From Candidatus Kapaibacterium sp. (lineage in GTDB: Bacteria; Bacteroidota; Ignavibacteria; Kapaibacteriales; UBA2268), in NCBI GenBank assembly GCA_963665665.1, contig OY762428.1, forward strand, positions 5,184,001 to 5,248,000: DNA of 64,000 bases. The letters run 5' to 3'. The notes under the pieces are model-generated. The model was not told the origin of the DNA. It did not search any database and saw only the letters and a list, made by a program, of their open reading frames with translations. Positions within the stretch are counted from its first letter, which is position 1. Each line of letters begins with the position of its first letter. The position numbers and the translations under genes are program-made. This document shows positions 39,051-49,550 of the stretch, piece by piece.

Positions 39051-40941
39051 TTTCAATCTCAATAATTTGTTCCAATCTTCTAATTCCGAGTTCCCCGCAT
39101 ATTCTGTCCTGCTCATATAGAGTCAGGTCGATAAGTTCGGCATCAGTATCATCACAAATATAATCATACAGATTATAACCATTATTCCCGTTAGCAAAAA
39201 TTTTAATCTCTTTATTATTTTGTTCTTTTAAATATTGTTCGAATGCAATATCTCTTTTGGGATATAATGCAGGTTTTCTGTCTGCGGCAATTATATATAA
39301 AGTATTGCTGTTATTAATTATTACAGAGGATAGGTGTTTTCTTGCGGATATTATAAGATCGTTGTTTCTTTCGTAATACTTATCTGTTATAGTTATCCCG
39401 GAAAATAAAATAAAAGCAGATACCATTAATCTGAAAAAAACTTGCTTTTGTCGGATTGAGTTTATTAAATATAAAATTACAATGCTGATTATTAGTGAAA
39501 GGACAAAAGCAGATTTTCCACTATAATGTGAGAATGGGATACTTGCTAACAAATCAGTAATGTAAAGGGAAACTGAAAAACAAAGGTCGGCAGTATTAGC
39601 AAAAATTTCTGATGCAAACGGGATAACAAAACTCAAGGCAATCCCGAGATATGAGTATATCATACCGAGAATCATACAAGGGACGACTATAAGATTGGCT
39701 ATTATCTGAGAGAAAGAAAATATACCGAAATAGTAAGCCGTCAGAGGAGCTACTGTTATCGTTACTGAAATAGTTAAAGCTATAGAACGCCATAAATAAT
39801 CTGCAATGAAGTCTCCGGATTTGAATATCATTTTTAACTTTTCCAGAATAACCGGGTAGAACAGCACAATTCCTGCCACTGCAAATACCGACATCCTGAA
39901 ACCGGCAGAAAATATGAGTTTGGGCTGCCATAGTATAGTAACAATAACAACGAATGCCAGGATATTTATGATGTTTATCCGATGGTTGAAAGTATAAACA
40001 TAATAAATCAGGCAGGATAATAAGCCCGCCCGAATTCCTGAGGGCTGAAATCCGGTCAGGAATATAAATAGCATAACAATTATCGAAAATAATAAAATTT
40101 TCGTTAGTCTGGATTTTATAGGCAATAAAATAAAATTAATTAAAAAGGCAATAATTCCAATGTGAAGCCCGCTTATTGCAAGTACATGGGCCGTTCCTGT
40201 AACAGAGAAATTTTGCTTTGTATCTCTGTCTATCCTGCTTTTATCACCAGTTGCCAGAGCATACACAATATTTCCGGAAGACTTGCCAAAAAGGAATTGA
40301 ATCTTGTTGTCAATATCCGAAAGAATTGAATTTCTGGTGGATTTAATGATGCCGGGTGCTGACAGGATCGAGATATTCCTATATCTTACAACTCCGCACC
40401 ATGAGACGCCGATTCCCCTGCAATAATCAGCCATTGGAAAATCAGTTTCCAGGTTTCCGTTGTTTGGTAATTCCAGATGAAGGTTAGCGAATATTTCACT
40501 TCCGCAATCAATCCTGTCTGTTGGTTTGTATTTGAATATTGTAAGTACTACTCCTTGTGACTGTATTTTGGGAAGATATTTCGTATCAACCATACCCCTG
40601 AAAATAACACGTGAATATCTATCAGTTTCGATTAATATTTTCTCTACTTGTCCTTTAATTATAGCCGGAGTATCCTGCATTATCTTGTTGGTTTCAGGCA
40701 AAACTAAATTGCTTATTCTGATAAACAAAATAATTGAAATGAAAAATGATGACAGAATATAAGCAGCAAAATATTTTCTGGATAATAAGGATAAAACTAT
40801 AATTATCCCGGTAAAAGCCAATATAAGCCAATAATTATTAAAAGTAATCAAATCTGAAATATATAATAAAAGGGAAAAAGTTGTTATCATTAGCAACAAT
40901 TTGACTGCGGGTAGTTTCAGGTATTTCATCTTTCTGATCAA
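39040..40941 (-). CDS. comEC: ComEC/Rec2 competence-family membrane protein
   Basis: TGTAHVLAISGLHIG, PSGIRA and GFRMS; multi-TM. Confidence 0.88.
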   Translation of the reverse strand: MIRKMKYLKLPAVKLLLMITTFSLLLYISDLITFNNYWLILAFTGIIIVLSLLSRKYFAAYILSSFFISIILFIRISNLVLPETNKIMQDTPAIIKGQVEKILIETDRYSRVIFRGMVDTKYLPKIQSQGVVLTIFKYKPTDRIDCGSEIFANLHLELPNNGNLETDFPMADYCRGIGVSWCGVVRYRNISILSAPGIIKSTRNSILSDIDNKIQFLFGKSSGNIVYALATGDKSRIDRDTKQNFSVTGTAHVLAISGLHIGIIAFLINFILLPIKSRLTKILLFSIIVMLFIFLTGFQPSGIRAGLLSCLIYYVYTFNHRINIINILAFVVIVTILWQPKLIFSAGFRMSVFAVAGIVLFYPVILEKLKMIFKSGDFIADYLWRSIALTISVTITVAPLTAYYFGIFSFSQIIANLIVVPCMILGMIYSYLGIALSFVIPFASEIFANTADLCFSVSLYITDLLASIPFSHYSGKSAFVLSLIISIVILYLINSIRQKQVFFRLMVSAFILFSGITITDKYYERNNDLIISARKHLSSVIINNSNTLYIIAADRKPALYPKRDIAFEQYLKEQNNKEIKIFANGNNGYNLYDYICDDTDAELIDLTLYEQDRICGELGIRRLEQIIEIENEN

Positions 40942-41091
40942 TTATTTCCGACAGAATACATTACAAAATAAAATACTGATAATAATTGTATTTCCAAATA
41001 GTTTTTTCATTGTTGAGCCGATATGTTATTTTTTCTTAGTTTTGTATTAATTAGAAATTAATACAAAATAAATTTATATCAGGGAAATTAT

Positions 41092-42924
41092 ATGTGCGGA
41101 ATTGTTGGTTATATCGGAAGTCAGAATGCAGCCGGATTATTGATGAACGGACTTAAAAGGCTGGAATACAGGGGGTACGATTCGGCAGGAATATCTTTAA
41201 TTGAAAATGGCGAGATCAAAACATTCAAGCAGGCAGGTAAAGTTAGCGATCTGGCAGATAATCTTGAATACGACAAATTGAAATCCACAATAGGAATTTC
41301 TCATACACGATGGGCAACCCACGGATTTCCTAACGATGTTAATGCTCACCCTCATACCGATATGAGCGGTAAGATCAGCATTGTCCATAATGGTATTGTT
41401 GAAAACTATGCTGCTATAAAAACAAGCTTGCAAAGGGACGGCTATACATTCAGGTCGGATACTGATTCTGAAGTTCTTGCAGTATTTATCGGGGCGATAT
41501 ATGATAAAACCGGCGATCTTGAAAAATCTGTTCGCTACGCTTTGAACGAAGTTGACGGAACATTTGGGATTTGCGTGGTTTCAAGCCACGACCCTAACCT
41601 TTTGATTGCTGCAAGAAGGGGCAGTCCTATGGTACTCGGCGTATGCAAAGGGGAGTATATTGTTGGATCGGATGCTGCTGCAATTATTCAGCATACACGC
41701 CAGGTTATATATCTTTCTGATAATGAAATGGCTGTTCTAAGACGTGAGGGATACACAACAAAAACTATTCACAACGAAAAAACACAGAATGAAGTTTATG
41801 AATTGGAATTTGACATCGACCAGATAGAGAAGTCCGGTTATGAACACTTTATGCTGAAAGAAATTTACGAGCAGCCAGAGACAATCCAGGATGCTTTCCG
41901 AGGCAGGCTTCTCGTAGACCAGGGAAATGTTAAGCTTGGCGGCCTGCGTCCGGTTCTTGATAAACTCAGGGACGCAAAGAGAATTATATTCACTGCATGT
42001 GGCACTTCATGGCATGCAGCCCTGGTTGGTGAATATATGATAGAAGCCCTTGCCGGCATTCCCGTTGAAGTGGAGTATGCTTCTGAATTCAGATACCGCA
42101 GCCCTGTTCTTTTCCCGGAAGATGTGGTTATTGCAATATCCCAAAGCGGCGAAACAGCAGATACTCTTGCAGCAGTGAAAGAAGCAAGGCAAAAAGGTGC
42201 AACTGTTCTTGGCCTTGTGAATGTTGTTGGCAGTACCATAGCCCGCGAAACAGAAGCGGGTACTTATATTCATGCCGGGCCGGAAATCGGAGTTGCCTCC
42301 ACAAAAGCATTTTCATCCCAGCTTATAGTATTATCATTATTAGCTTTGCAGCTTGGCAGAATGAAAAACCTTTCCCAGCTTGACGGAAAGAAAATTGCCC
42401 GTGAAATTCAGCTGCTGCCCGAAAAAATTAAAAAAATTCTTGCTACCGACGAGGAAATAAAGAAAATTGCGAAAGAATATTCCGCAGCAAAGAACTTTAT
42501 TTACCTCGGACGCGGATATAATTTTCCGGCAGCCCTCGAAGGTGCTCTGAAATTGAAAGAAATATCGTATATCCATGCAGAAGGTTACCCGGCAGCTGAA
42601 ATGAAACACGGCCCGATAGCTTTGATAGACGAGAATATGCCCGTAGTTTTCATAGCAACTCACGATGAAATTTACGACAAAATAATCTCGAACATCGAAG
42701 AAGTCCGTGCGAGAAAAGGCAAAGTTATAGCCATAGCAACTGAAGGGGACGAGAGAATAAAGGAAGTAGCAAACCATGTGATCTATATCCCGGATTCCCT
42801 GCCGATGCTGGCCCCGCTGCTTGCAGTTATTCCTTTCCAGCTTCTTGCATATCATATTGCAGTTGAACTTGGCTGCAATGTGGATCAGCCACGAAACCTG
42901 GCGAAATCAGTAACAGTTGAGTAA
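41092..42924 (+). CDS. glmS: Glutamine--fructose-6-phosphate aminotransferase
   Basis: MCGIVG, LEYRGYDSAG, HTRWATHG, SQSGETADT and PRNLAKSVTVE. Confidence 0.98.
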   Translation: MCGIVGYIGSQNAAGLLMNGLKRLEYRGYDSAGISLIENGEIKTFKQAGKVSDLADNLEYDKLKSTIGISHTRWATHGFPNDVNAHPHTDMSGKISIVHNGIVENYAAIKTSLQRDGYTFRSDTDSEVLAVFIGAIYDKTGDLEKSVRYALNEVDGTFGICVVSSHDPNLLIAARRGSPMVLGVCKGEYIVGSDAAAIIQHTRQVIYLSDNEMAVLRREGYTTKTIHNEKTQNEVYELEFDIDQIEKSGYEHFMLKEIYEQPETIQDAFRGRLLVDQGNVKLGGLRPVLDKLRDAKRIIFTACGTSWHAALVGEYMIEALAGIPVEVEYASEFRYRSPVLFPEDVVIAISQSGETADTLAAVKEARQKGATVLGLVNVVGSTIARETEAGTYIHAGPEIGVASTKAFSSQLIVLSLLALQLGRMKNLSQLDGKKIAREIQLLPEKIKKILATDEEIKKIAKEYSAAKNFIYLGRGYNFPAALEGALKLKEISYIHAEGYPAAEMKHGPIALIDENMPVVFIATHDEIYDKIISNIEEVRARKGKVIAIATEGDERIKEVANHVIYIPDSLPMLAPLLAVIPFQLLAYHIAVELGCNVDQPRNLAKSVTVE

Positions 42925-43296
42925 AGTGATTATTTTTCTGTTGGAGTCTCTTTACTCTCATTTTAGAATAATTGATAATATAAGAATGAAAATTCAATAG
43001 GGAAACTGTATCCTTGATGTTGTATTTGTTGATTGAGTTTTAGAAAAATGAAAGTTTATTGCAACTAAGTAATTGAAATATATAGTTTTCATTAAATGTT
43101 AAGATCAAAGTAGCACTCAATTTTTATAAGTGAAGCTATAAAGAATTTAATTTGATGAATAATTCGGGGCAAAGAATCAAGGAAAACCCTCAGAAGCTGA
43201 GTAAAGAATACTTATACTCCGCATAATTTGGGTTTTATCCCCGTGATTATATTTCCAACTGGCTTGGAAGATTTATTTATTACGTTGGAGTTTATC

Positions 43297-45741
43297 GTGA
43301 AAAATATTGCAATTATTTTATTAATATCATTATTTTCTTTACAATTCAATATTTCAGCCCGAGAGAGCGGAGCGCTCTGTAGCTGGGGATCTTTTCAATT
43401 TGGAGAACTTGGAATCGGGGAGGATTCATGGACTCCGGAGAAATTAACTGATCAAAACGATTGGGTATCAGTTGAATGTGGTACACAACACACACTTGCA
43501 ATAAAAGAAGATGGTACGCTGTGGGGGTGGGGTGGTAATCCTTACGGTCAATTAGGTGATGGAACATTTTTTACCAGTTTAATACCAATACAGATTGGCC
43601 TTGATAATGACTGGTCCGTTGTGTCATGCGGAATGAATCATTCGGTAGCAATAAAAACTGACGGATCGCTCTGGGCATGGGGAAGAAATTCTTATGGACA
43701 GGTTGGTGATGGATCAATCATGGATAGGAATATTCCGAGAAAAATTGGAAATACTTCTGACTGGAAATCAATTTCATGCGGCTGTTTTTATACCATTGCA
43801 ATAAAAACTGACGGATCACTTTGGGGTTGGGGACGAAATACTTTTGGTGAGATTGGTGTGGAATCAAGGAGAGACATAAACCAACCAATACAAATTGGAA
43901 CAAGTAATGATTGGGAAAAAGTAGCATGTGGAGCTCATTTTTCGTTGGCAATAAAAACAGATAGCTCCCTTTGGGCTTGGGGTGCCGGACCTCTGGGAAA
44001 TGGAACTGATGACGATCATTTTATTCCTGTCCGAATAGGACACGATAATACCTGGTCTTCTATTGATTGTGGTTATCATCATTCCATAGCACTGAAATCG
44101 GATGGTACTCTTTGGTGTTGGGGAGATAACGAATATGGTCAACTTGGCGATAGCAGCAATTCAGAATCAAAAATTCCTTTGTTAGTTGATAACAACAAAA
44201 AATTCAGATCGGTTTTTTCAGGATATAATAATTCCTTTGCTGTTGAATCGGATGGTACTCTTTGGGCCTGGGGGGATAATAGGTTTGGTAAACTGGGTAA
44301 CGGAATACCCGAAAATATTAATTTTCCGATTAAAATCGGAGAATCCAAAGACTGGTTGCATATAACTGGAAGTAGCGGAAAAACAATTGCCATAAAATCT
44401 GATGGTTCTTTATGGACTTGGGGAATTGGAGTGCTTGGAGAAAGGGAAAGAACAAGTAAAAATTCGATTTATAATATTGGAAAAGATATTGACTGGCATT
44501 CTGTAGATTGTGGTTATCATCATACTTTGGCTATAAAAAAAGACGGCTCGCTTTGGGCCTGGGGATATAATTCTTTTGGGCAACTCGGTGATGGTTCTTA
44601 TGTTGATAAAAATATTCCTGTTCGTATAGGTAACGATTATGATTGGTCTGTTGTTACTTGCGGGTCAAATTTTTCTGTTGCGATTAAAACAGATGGCTCA
44701 CTTTGGGCTTGGGGAAATAACTATTATGGCCAATTCGGGAACGGATCGAATACAGATAGTAATGTTCCTGTTCGTTGTGGCAATGATAACGACTGGAATT
44801 CCGTTGCTTGTGGAAGTTCTCATACTGTAGCAATAAAAACTGACGGTTCACTTTGGGTTTGGGGCCAGAATTTTTTTGGAAATTTGGGAGATGGTACAGA
44901 AGAGCATAAATATTTACCCGTTCAAATATGCGATAGCATTAAATGGAAAGCCGTATCTTGTGGGTATGCACATACTATAGCTTTATCAAGAAATGGTGAA
45001 TTATGGTCCTGGGGATTAAATAGCAATGGTCAACTGGGTAATGAAAATATTTCATATAATGTTGTTGTTCCCATTCAAATCGGAGAAAGTAGCAACTGGG
45101 AAGCCATATCATGCGGAAGTTATTTTTCTGTTGGTATAAGAACTGATGGTACTCTTTGGTCTTGGGGAAATAATAAATACGGCCAACTTGGCGATAGTTT
45201 AAGGCAAAAATATAAAATTCCAGGTCAAATTGGCTACGATACTAATTGGTCATTTATAAAATGTGGACATGAACATTCCGTTGCATTAAAAAATGATTAT
45301 TCCTTATGGACATGGGGACAAAATAATTACGGTCAAATTGGTGACAGAACTTATGAAAATAAAAAAGTTCCGACAAGAATTGGCAAAGATAATAATTGGT
45401 TATATATTTCTGCCGGCGGCTATCATACAATGGCTATAGGAGTAAACCCAGTAGCAGTTATTGATAAAAATAAAATTGAGGATAATTTTGCTCTGTTCTG
45501 CATTCCCAACCCTGTAGCAGAAAGTACAACTATACACTATTACCTTCCGGCTACAGCCGAAGTTTCAATTAAAGTTTATTCAATAACCGGAGAATTAACC
45601 CGGAAAATAGATTTAGGTGTTGTTTCAGTTGGTGATCATTTTGTTTTATTTGATACAAATATACTTTCCAATGGGGTATATAATATTCAGTTAATTGCAG
45701 GAAAATATTCAGTTAATAAATTAATGGTTGTTCAGAAATAA
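43297..45741 (+). CDS. RCC1-repeat protein with T9SS type-A C-terminal sorting domain
   Basis: Start set at GTG 43297 (GGAG upstream, signal peptide follows); 14 L(W/C)xWG repeats; C-terminal PNP...IKVYSITGE...LSNGVYNIQL...KLMV. Confidence 0.88.
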   Translation: MKNIAIILLISLFSLQFNISARESGALCSWGSFQFGELGIGEDSWTPEKLTDQNDWVSVECGTQHTLAIKEDGTLWGWGGNPYGQLGDGTFFTSLIPIQIGLDNDWSVVSCGMNHSVAIKTDGSLWAWGRNSYGQVGDGSIMDRNIPRKIGNTSDWKSISCGCFYTIAIKTDGSLWGWGRNTFGEIGVESRRDINQPIQIGTSNDWEKVACGAHFSLAIKTDSSLWAWGAGPLGNGTDDDHFIPVRIGHDNTWSSIDCGYHHSIALKSDGTLWCWGDNEYGQLGDSSNSESKIPLLVDNNKKFRSVFSGYNNSFAVESDGTLWAWGDNRFGKLGNGIPENINFPIKIGESKDWLHITGSSGKTIAIKSDGSLWTWGIGVLGERERTSKNSIYNIGKDIDWHSVDCGYHHTLAIKKDGSLWAWGYNSFGQLGDGSYVDKNIPVRIGNDYDWSVVTCGSNFSVAIKTDGSLWAWGNNYYGQFGNGSNTDSNVPVRCGNDNDWNSVACGSSHTVAIKTDGSLWVWGQNFFGNLGDGTEEHKYLPVQICDSIKWKAVSCGYAHTIALSRNGELWSWGLNSNGQLGNENISYNVVVPIQIGESSNWEAISCGSYFSVGIRTDGTLWSWGNNKYGQLGDSLRQKYKIPGQIGYDTNWSFIKCGHEHSVALKNDYSLWTWGQNNYGQIGDRTYENKKVPTRIGKDNNWLYISAGGYHTMAIGVNPVAVIDKNKIEDNFALFCIPNPVAESTTIHYYLPATAEVSIKVYSITGELTRKIDLGVVSVGDHFVLFDTNILSNGVYNIQLIAGKYSVNKLMVVQK

Positions 45742-45787
45742 TTCTCAATAAACAACTTATACATTGAATTCAAAAGATAAAAAAATA

Positions 45788-45816
45788 AAAGCCCGGTTGA
45801 TAATCAGCCGGGCTTT
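45788..45816. terminator. Terminator between the convergent RCC1 gene and pnp
   Basis: AAAGCCCGGTTGA-TAA-TCAGCCGGGCTTT flanked by A/T tracts. Confidence 0.8.
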
Positions 45817-45841
45817 AAAAATATAATGGTCTCAGATATTA

Positions 45842-48124
45842 TTATCTGTTCCTGTTATCTCTTCTCGGAGGACGTCTGTCCCTGTCGCCGCCGGGCTTGC
45901 GATAATTATCGCGCCTGCCGCCGCGGTCGCGGTCGCGGTCGTTATATCTATTATTATCTCTTCTCGGAGGACGTCTGTCGTAATCGTCACTTTCAACCCA
46001 TCCTTCGGGTTTGGGAAGGAGTACTTTACGGCTGAGTTTAAATTTACCGTCGCGAGTAATATCAAGGAGTTTTATCTCGATTGTATCACCGGCATTCAGG
46101 TATTCAGCTACGTCTTCAACTCTTTCTCTTGCAATCTGGGAAATATGCAGAAGGCCTACCTTGCCGGGCATAAATTCAACCAGTGCGCCAAGTCCTTCCC
46201 TGATCTCTTTTACTTTACCCTCGTAAACTTTACCAATTTCAGGTTTTGCAGTAATGGCTTCAATCCATTCTTTTGCTTTCTCGGCAGCGTCGCCTGATGT
46301 AGCAGCAATTGTAATTACACCATCGTCGTCAATATTAATATCTGTTTCTGTATCCTTGCAGATAGCCCTGATAGTTTCACCACCAGGCCCTATTACTGCG
46401 CCAATCTGATCCTGATCTACAGTCATTCTTGTAAATCGGGGGGCATAGTTGGAAAGGTCTTCCCTCGGTGCTTCAATAGCTTCAGCCATCTTCCCAAGTA
46501 TATGTAGTCTGCCTGCTTTTGCTTGGTTAAGAGCTTTCGTCATGATATCAACAGAAAGGCCGTCGATTTTAATATCCATCTGGCATGCAGTGATACCGTC
46601 AACGGTACCTGTTACTTTAAAGTCCATATCGCCAAGGTGATCTTCGTCGCCAAGAATATCACTAAGTATAGCAACGCCTTCACCCTCTTTGATAAGTCCC
46701 ATTGCAATACCTGCAACAGGTTTTTTCATCGGGATACCTGCATCAAACATTGATAAACTTCCGGCACATACTGTTGCCATTGAAGAAGATCCGTTTGATT
46801 CAAGAATGTCAGATACAACTCTGATCGAGTATGGGAAATCACCATTACCGGGAAGCATACCCTTGAGCGCTCTCCATGCAAGATGCCCGTGCCCGATTTC
46901 TCTTCTGCCAACGCCCAATCTTTTAACTTCGCCAGTAGAGAAAGGCGGGAAATTATAATGAAGAATAAATCTTTCAGTATAGGTGGGGAGGAGGCCGTCA
47001 ATCATCTGTTCATCTCTGGAAGTACCAAGAGTAGCAGTTGACAGCGACTGTGTTTCGCCCCTTGTAAATAATGCGGAACCATGAGTTCTCGGCAGAATTC
47101 CAACTTCGCATTTAATATCCCTGATCTCGTCGAGTTTACGTCCGTCAAGACGTACCTGCTCTTCGATGATCATTTTTCTCATTTTATCTTTTTCAATATC
47201 TTCAAGCACTGTTTTTGCATATTTTTCAACAGGTACTTCTTCAAATTCTTCTTTTTCCGCGAATTCTTCAGCAACTGCTTCAACAACCTTTTCTTTAAGA
47301 TCGCGCCTGATCTTGGAACGTTCTTTCTTTGAAGTAGGTTTATGAATATATTCGTCCACGTCGTCGCTAATTAGGTTGGTAACGAAATCAACGATTTCTT
47401 CAGGTATTTCAGTTACTTCAACTTCAACTTTTTCCTGGGATGCCATTGTGACTAATTCACGCTGAAGATTGTTCAGAGTACGGATATGCACGTGTGCAAA
47501 ATCCAGGGCACCAAGGAAAACTTCCTCTGAAACTTCGTCGAATTCACCTTCAACCATAACAATTGATTCGTCCGAACCGGCAACTGTAATGTCCATTTCG
47601 GATTTTTCAAGAAGTTCGAACGATGGATTTAATACGTATTCTCCTTCAACCCTGCCGATTCTAACTTCTGCAATTGGCCCGGCAAAAGGAATGTCGGAAA
47701 TCATAAGAGCAGCAGAAGCGCCAAGTGCTCCGAGCGTGTCCGGATCAACTTCCGGATCGAAAGAAAATACTGTTGCGAGTATTTGTGTTTCATAATACCA
47801 GCCTTTTGGAAACAGAGGCCTGATAGGCCTGTCAATAAGCCTTGATGATAAAATTTCCTTTTCAGAAGGCCTTCCTTCTCTTTTCAGGAAGCCACCCGGG
47901 AATTTACCCGAAGAAGCTGTTTTTTCCCTGTACTCAACCTGCAGGGGCAGGAAGCCTGCATCAGGAATAGGATCCTTGGATGCAACTGCTGTAACTAAGA
48001 CCATACTGTCGCCGGCCCTAACCATAACGGAACCATTTGCAAACCTGGCCATTTTGCCGGTTTCCAGCGAGTAAGTTTTTCCGTCTAATTCAATGGATAC
48101 TTTGTGTTCTGCCATATAATTCAA
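45842..48124 (-). CDS. pnp: Polyribonucleotide nucleotidyltransferase
   Basis: RLIDRPIRP, RREIGHG, ESNGSSSMA and DHLGDMDFKV; KH and S1 domains. Confidence 0.98.
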   Translation of the reverse strand: MNYMAEHKVSIELDGKTYSLETGKMARFANGSVMVRAGDSMVLVTAVASKDPIPDAGFLPLQVEYREKTASSGKFPGGFLKREGRPSEKEILSSRLIDRPIRPLFPKGWYYETQILATVFSFDPEVDPDTLGALGASAALMISDIPFAGPIAEVRIGRVEGEYVLNPSFELLEKSEMDITVAGSDESIVMVEGEFDEVSEEVFLGALDFAHVHIRTLNNLQRELVTMASQEKVEVEVTEIPEEIVDFVTNLISDDVDEYIHKPTSKKERSKIRRDLKEKVVEAVAEEFAEKEEFEEVPVEKYAKTVLEDIEKDKMRKMIIEEQVRLDGRKLDEIRDIKCEVGILPRTHGSALFTRGETQSLSTATLGTSRDEQMIDGLLPTYTERFILHYNFPPFSTGEVKRLGVGRREIGHGHLAWRALKGMLPGNGDFPYSIRVVSDILESNGSSSMATVCAGSLSMFDAGIPMKKPVAGIAMGLIKEGEGVAILSDILGDEDHLGDMDFKVTGTVDGITACQMDIKIDGLSVDIMTKALNQAKAGRLHILGKMAEAIEAPREDLSNYAPRFTRMTVDQDQIGAVIGPGGETIRAICKDTETDINIDDDGVITIAATSGDAAEKAKEWIEAITAKPEIGKVYEGKVKEIREGLGALVEFMPGKVGLLHISQIARERVEDVAEYLNAGDTIEIKLLDITRDGKFKLSRKVLLPKPEGWVESDDYDRRPPRRDNNRYNDRDRDRGGRRDNYRKPGGDRDRRPPRRDNRNR

Positions 48125-48172
48125 TTCTCAAAAAAATAAATCATTTATTAAAATATCAGTTTCAGTATATAC

Positions 48173-48199
48173 AAAAAAACGGCGTAGCCGCCGTTTTTT
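48173..48199 (-). terminator. Terminator/hairpin between rpsO and pnp
   Basis: AAAAAAACGGCG-TAGC-CGCCGTTTTTT; gives a U-tract on the minus strand. Confidence 0.75.
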
Positions 48200-48206
48200 C
48201 AAGAAT

Positions 48207-48473
48207 TTACTTACGAAGTTTAAGCGCTTTCAGGATAGCCCTGTAGCGTTCAATGTCTGTCTTGATCAGGTAATCAAGAAGCTTCCTGCGTTTGCTAACA
48301 AGTTTTATCAGGCCGCGGCGGCTGTGATTGTCTTTCTTGTGTGATAGCAGGTGCTGGGTTATATCATTGATCCTGGCTGTGAGAAGCGCAATCTGAACCT
48401 CGGCTTTACCGCTGTTCTTGGTCTCACCACCGAATTTCTCGATGATACCCGCTTTTTCTTCTTTAGTAATCAT
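48207..48473 (-). CDS. rpsO: 30S ribosomal protein S15
   Basis: [15 protein letters not shown]...[11 protein letters not shown]...KRRKLLDYL. Confidence 0.98.
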   Translation of the reverse strand: MITKEEKAGIIEKFGGETKNSGKAEVQIALLTARINDITQHLLSHKKDNHSRRGLIKLVSKRRKLLDYLIKTDIERYRAILKALKLRK

Positions 48474-48570
48474 TTCAAATCTCCAAATAGTGATTATTTT
48501 ATCAAAACTCAGATAACTTACAAAATTAGTTAATATTTCTTATAAAGCCAAATAATACTTGCAATTTGTT

Positions 48571-49545
48571 CTAATTCTCTTTTTCTTTTATTCTGTTATG
48601 GCATTCCTGCCGATCCTTTTTCAGTTGATTAAGGAACTCATCTTTTCCGGAGAATTTCTCTTCATGGCGTATAAATGAGTGGAATTCAATAGTTAAGTCT
48701 TCATCATAAATATCCTGGTCGAAATCAAAAAAGTTTATTTCAAGAACTGACTGAATATCATCAGTAAACGTAGGGCGGAATCCGATATTTGCCATACCGT
48801 AGTATCTTTTGCCATGTATTATTGAGGATACAAGATAAACACCGTTTCCGGGCATAAGTTTATTTTCCTCGTAAGGGCGAATATTGGCTGTTGGTATCCC
48901 AAGAGTTCTGCCCCTGCCATCTCCGCGGACAACCCGTCCATAAACATAATAGTCATATCCAAGCATCTCGTTTGCTATCGAAACATTAGAGTCGGAAATG
49001 TGATTTCGGATTTTTGTACTGGATATAATTATATCTTTGTTTTGCAGGGCAGGCATTTTTTCTACTGAAAACTGTAATTCACGGCTTAACTCATCAAGAA
49101 GCAGGGGAGTGCCTTTCCTGTTTTTACCGAACATGTGGTCGTACCCGATAAGAATTTTTTTCATTCCGACTTGTCCGTGAATATAGTCGCGAATAAAAAT
49201 ATCCGGGGGTGTTTTAGCAAATTCTTTTGAAAATGGAATTATCAATAGATGTTTAATACCCAGCTTTTCGAAAATAATTATTCTTTCTTCAATTGATGTC
49301 AGAAGCTTAACAGGGGGGAGGCCGTCTTTTTTCAGGACTATTTGCGGATGCGGGTAAATTGTCATTGCAACAGCACGGAGATCGTCTTTAGCAGCAATTT
49401 TCATCAGCCTGTCCAGAATTAACTGGTGTCCTTTGTGAACGCCGTCGAAAGTACCCAGGGTAACGACCGTGTTTTCGTTTCTTTCAATTTCTTCGAATGA
49501 CCTGTATATTCTCATTTTCTTTTCAGTATATCCGGATGTTCGCAT
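48571..49545 (-). CDS. ribF: Bifunctional riboflavin kinase / FAD synthetase
   Basis: GTFDGVHKGHQ, ISSTKIR, GRTLGIPTAN and NIGFRPT. Confidence 0.96.
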   Translation of the reverse strand: MRTSGYTEKKMRIYRSFEEIERNENTVVTLGTFDGVHKGHQLILDRLMKIAAKDDLRAVAMTIYPHPQIVLKKDGLPPVKLLTSIEERIIIFEKLGIKHLLIIPFSKEFAKTPPDIFIRDYIHGQVGMKKILIGYDHMFGKNRKGTPLLLDELSRELQFSVEKMPALQNKDIIISSTKIRNHISDSNVSIANEMLGYDYYVYGRVVRGDGRGRTLGIPTANIRPYEENKLMPGNGVYLVSSIIHGKRYYGMANIGFRPTFTDDIQSVLEINFFDFDQDIYDEDLTIEFHSFIRHEEKFSGKDEFLNQLKKDRQECHNRIKEKEN

Positions 49546-49550
49546 ATAAA

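Noticed and set aside
40942-41091. glmS ribozyme
   Set aside because: The leader is short and AT-rich, with no AGCGCC core or P1-P4 stems.
43297-45741. CRISPR array or DGR target suggested by the periodic repeats
   Set aside because: The repeats are degenerate in-frame RCC1 protein repeats; no cas genes, reverse transcriptase or template repeat are present.
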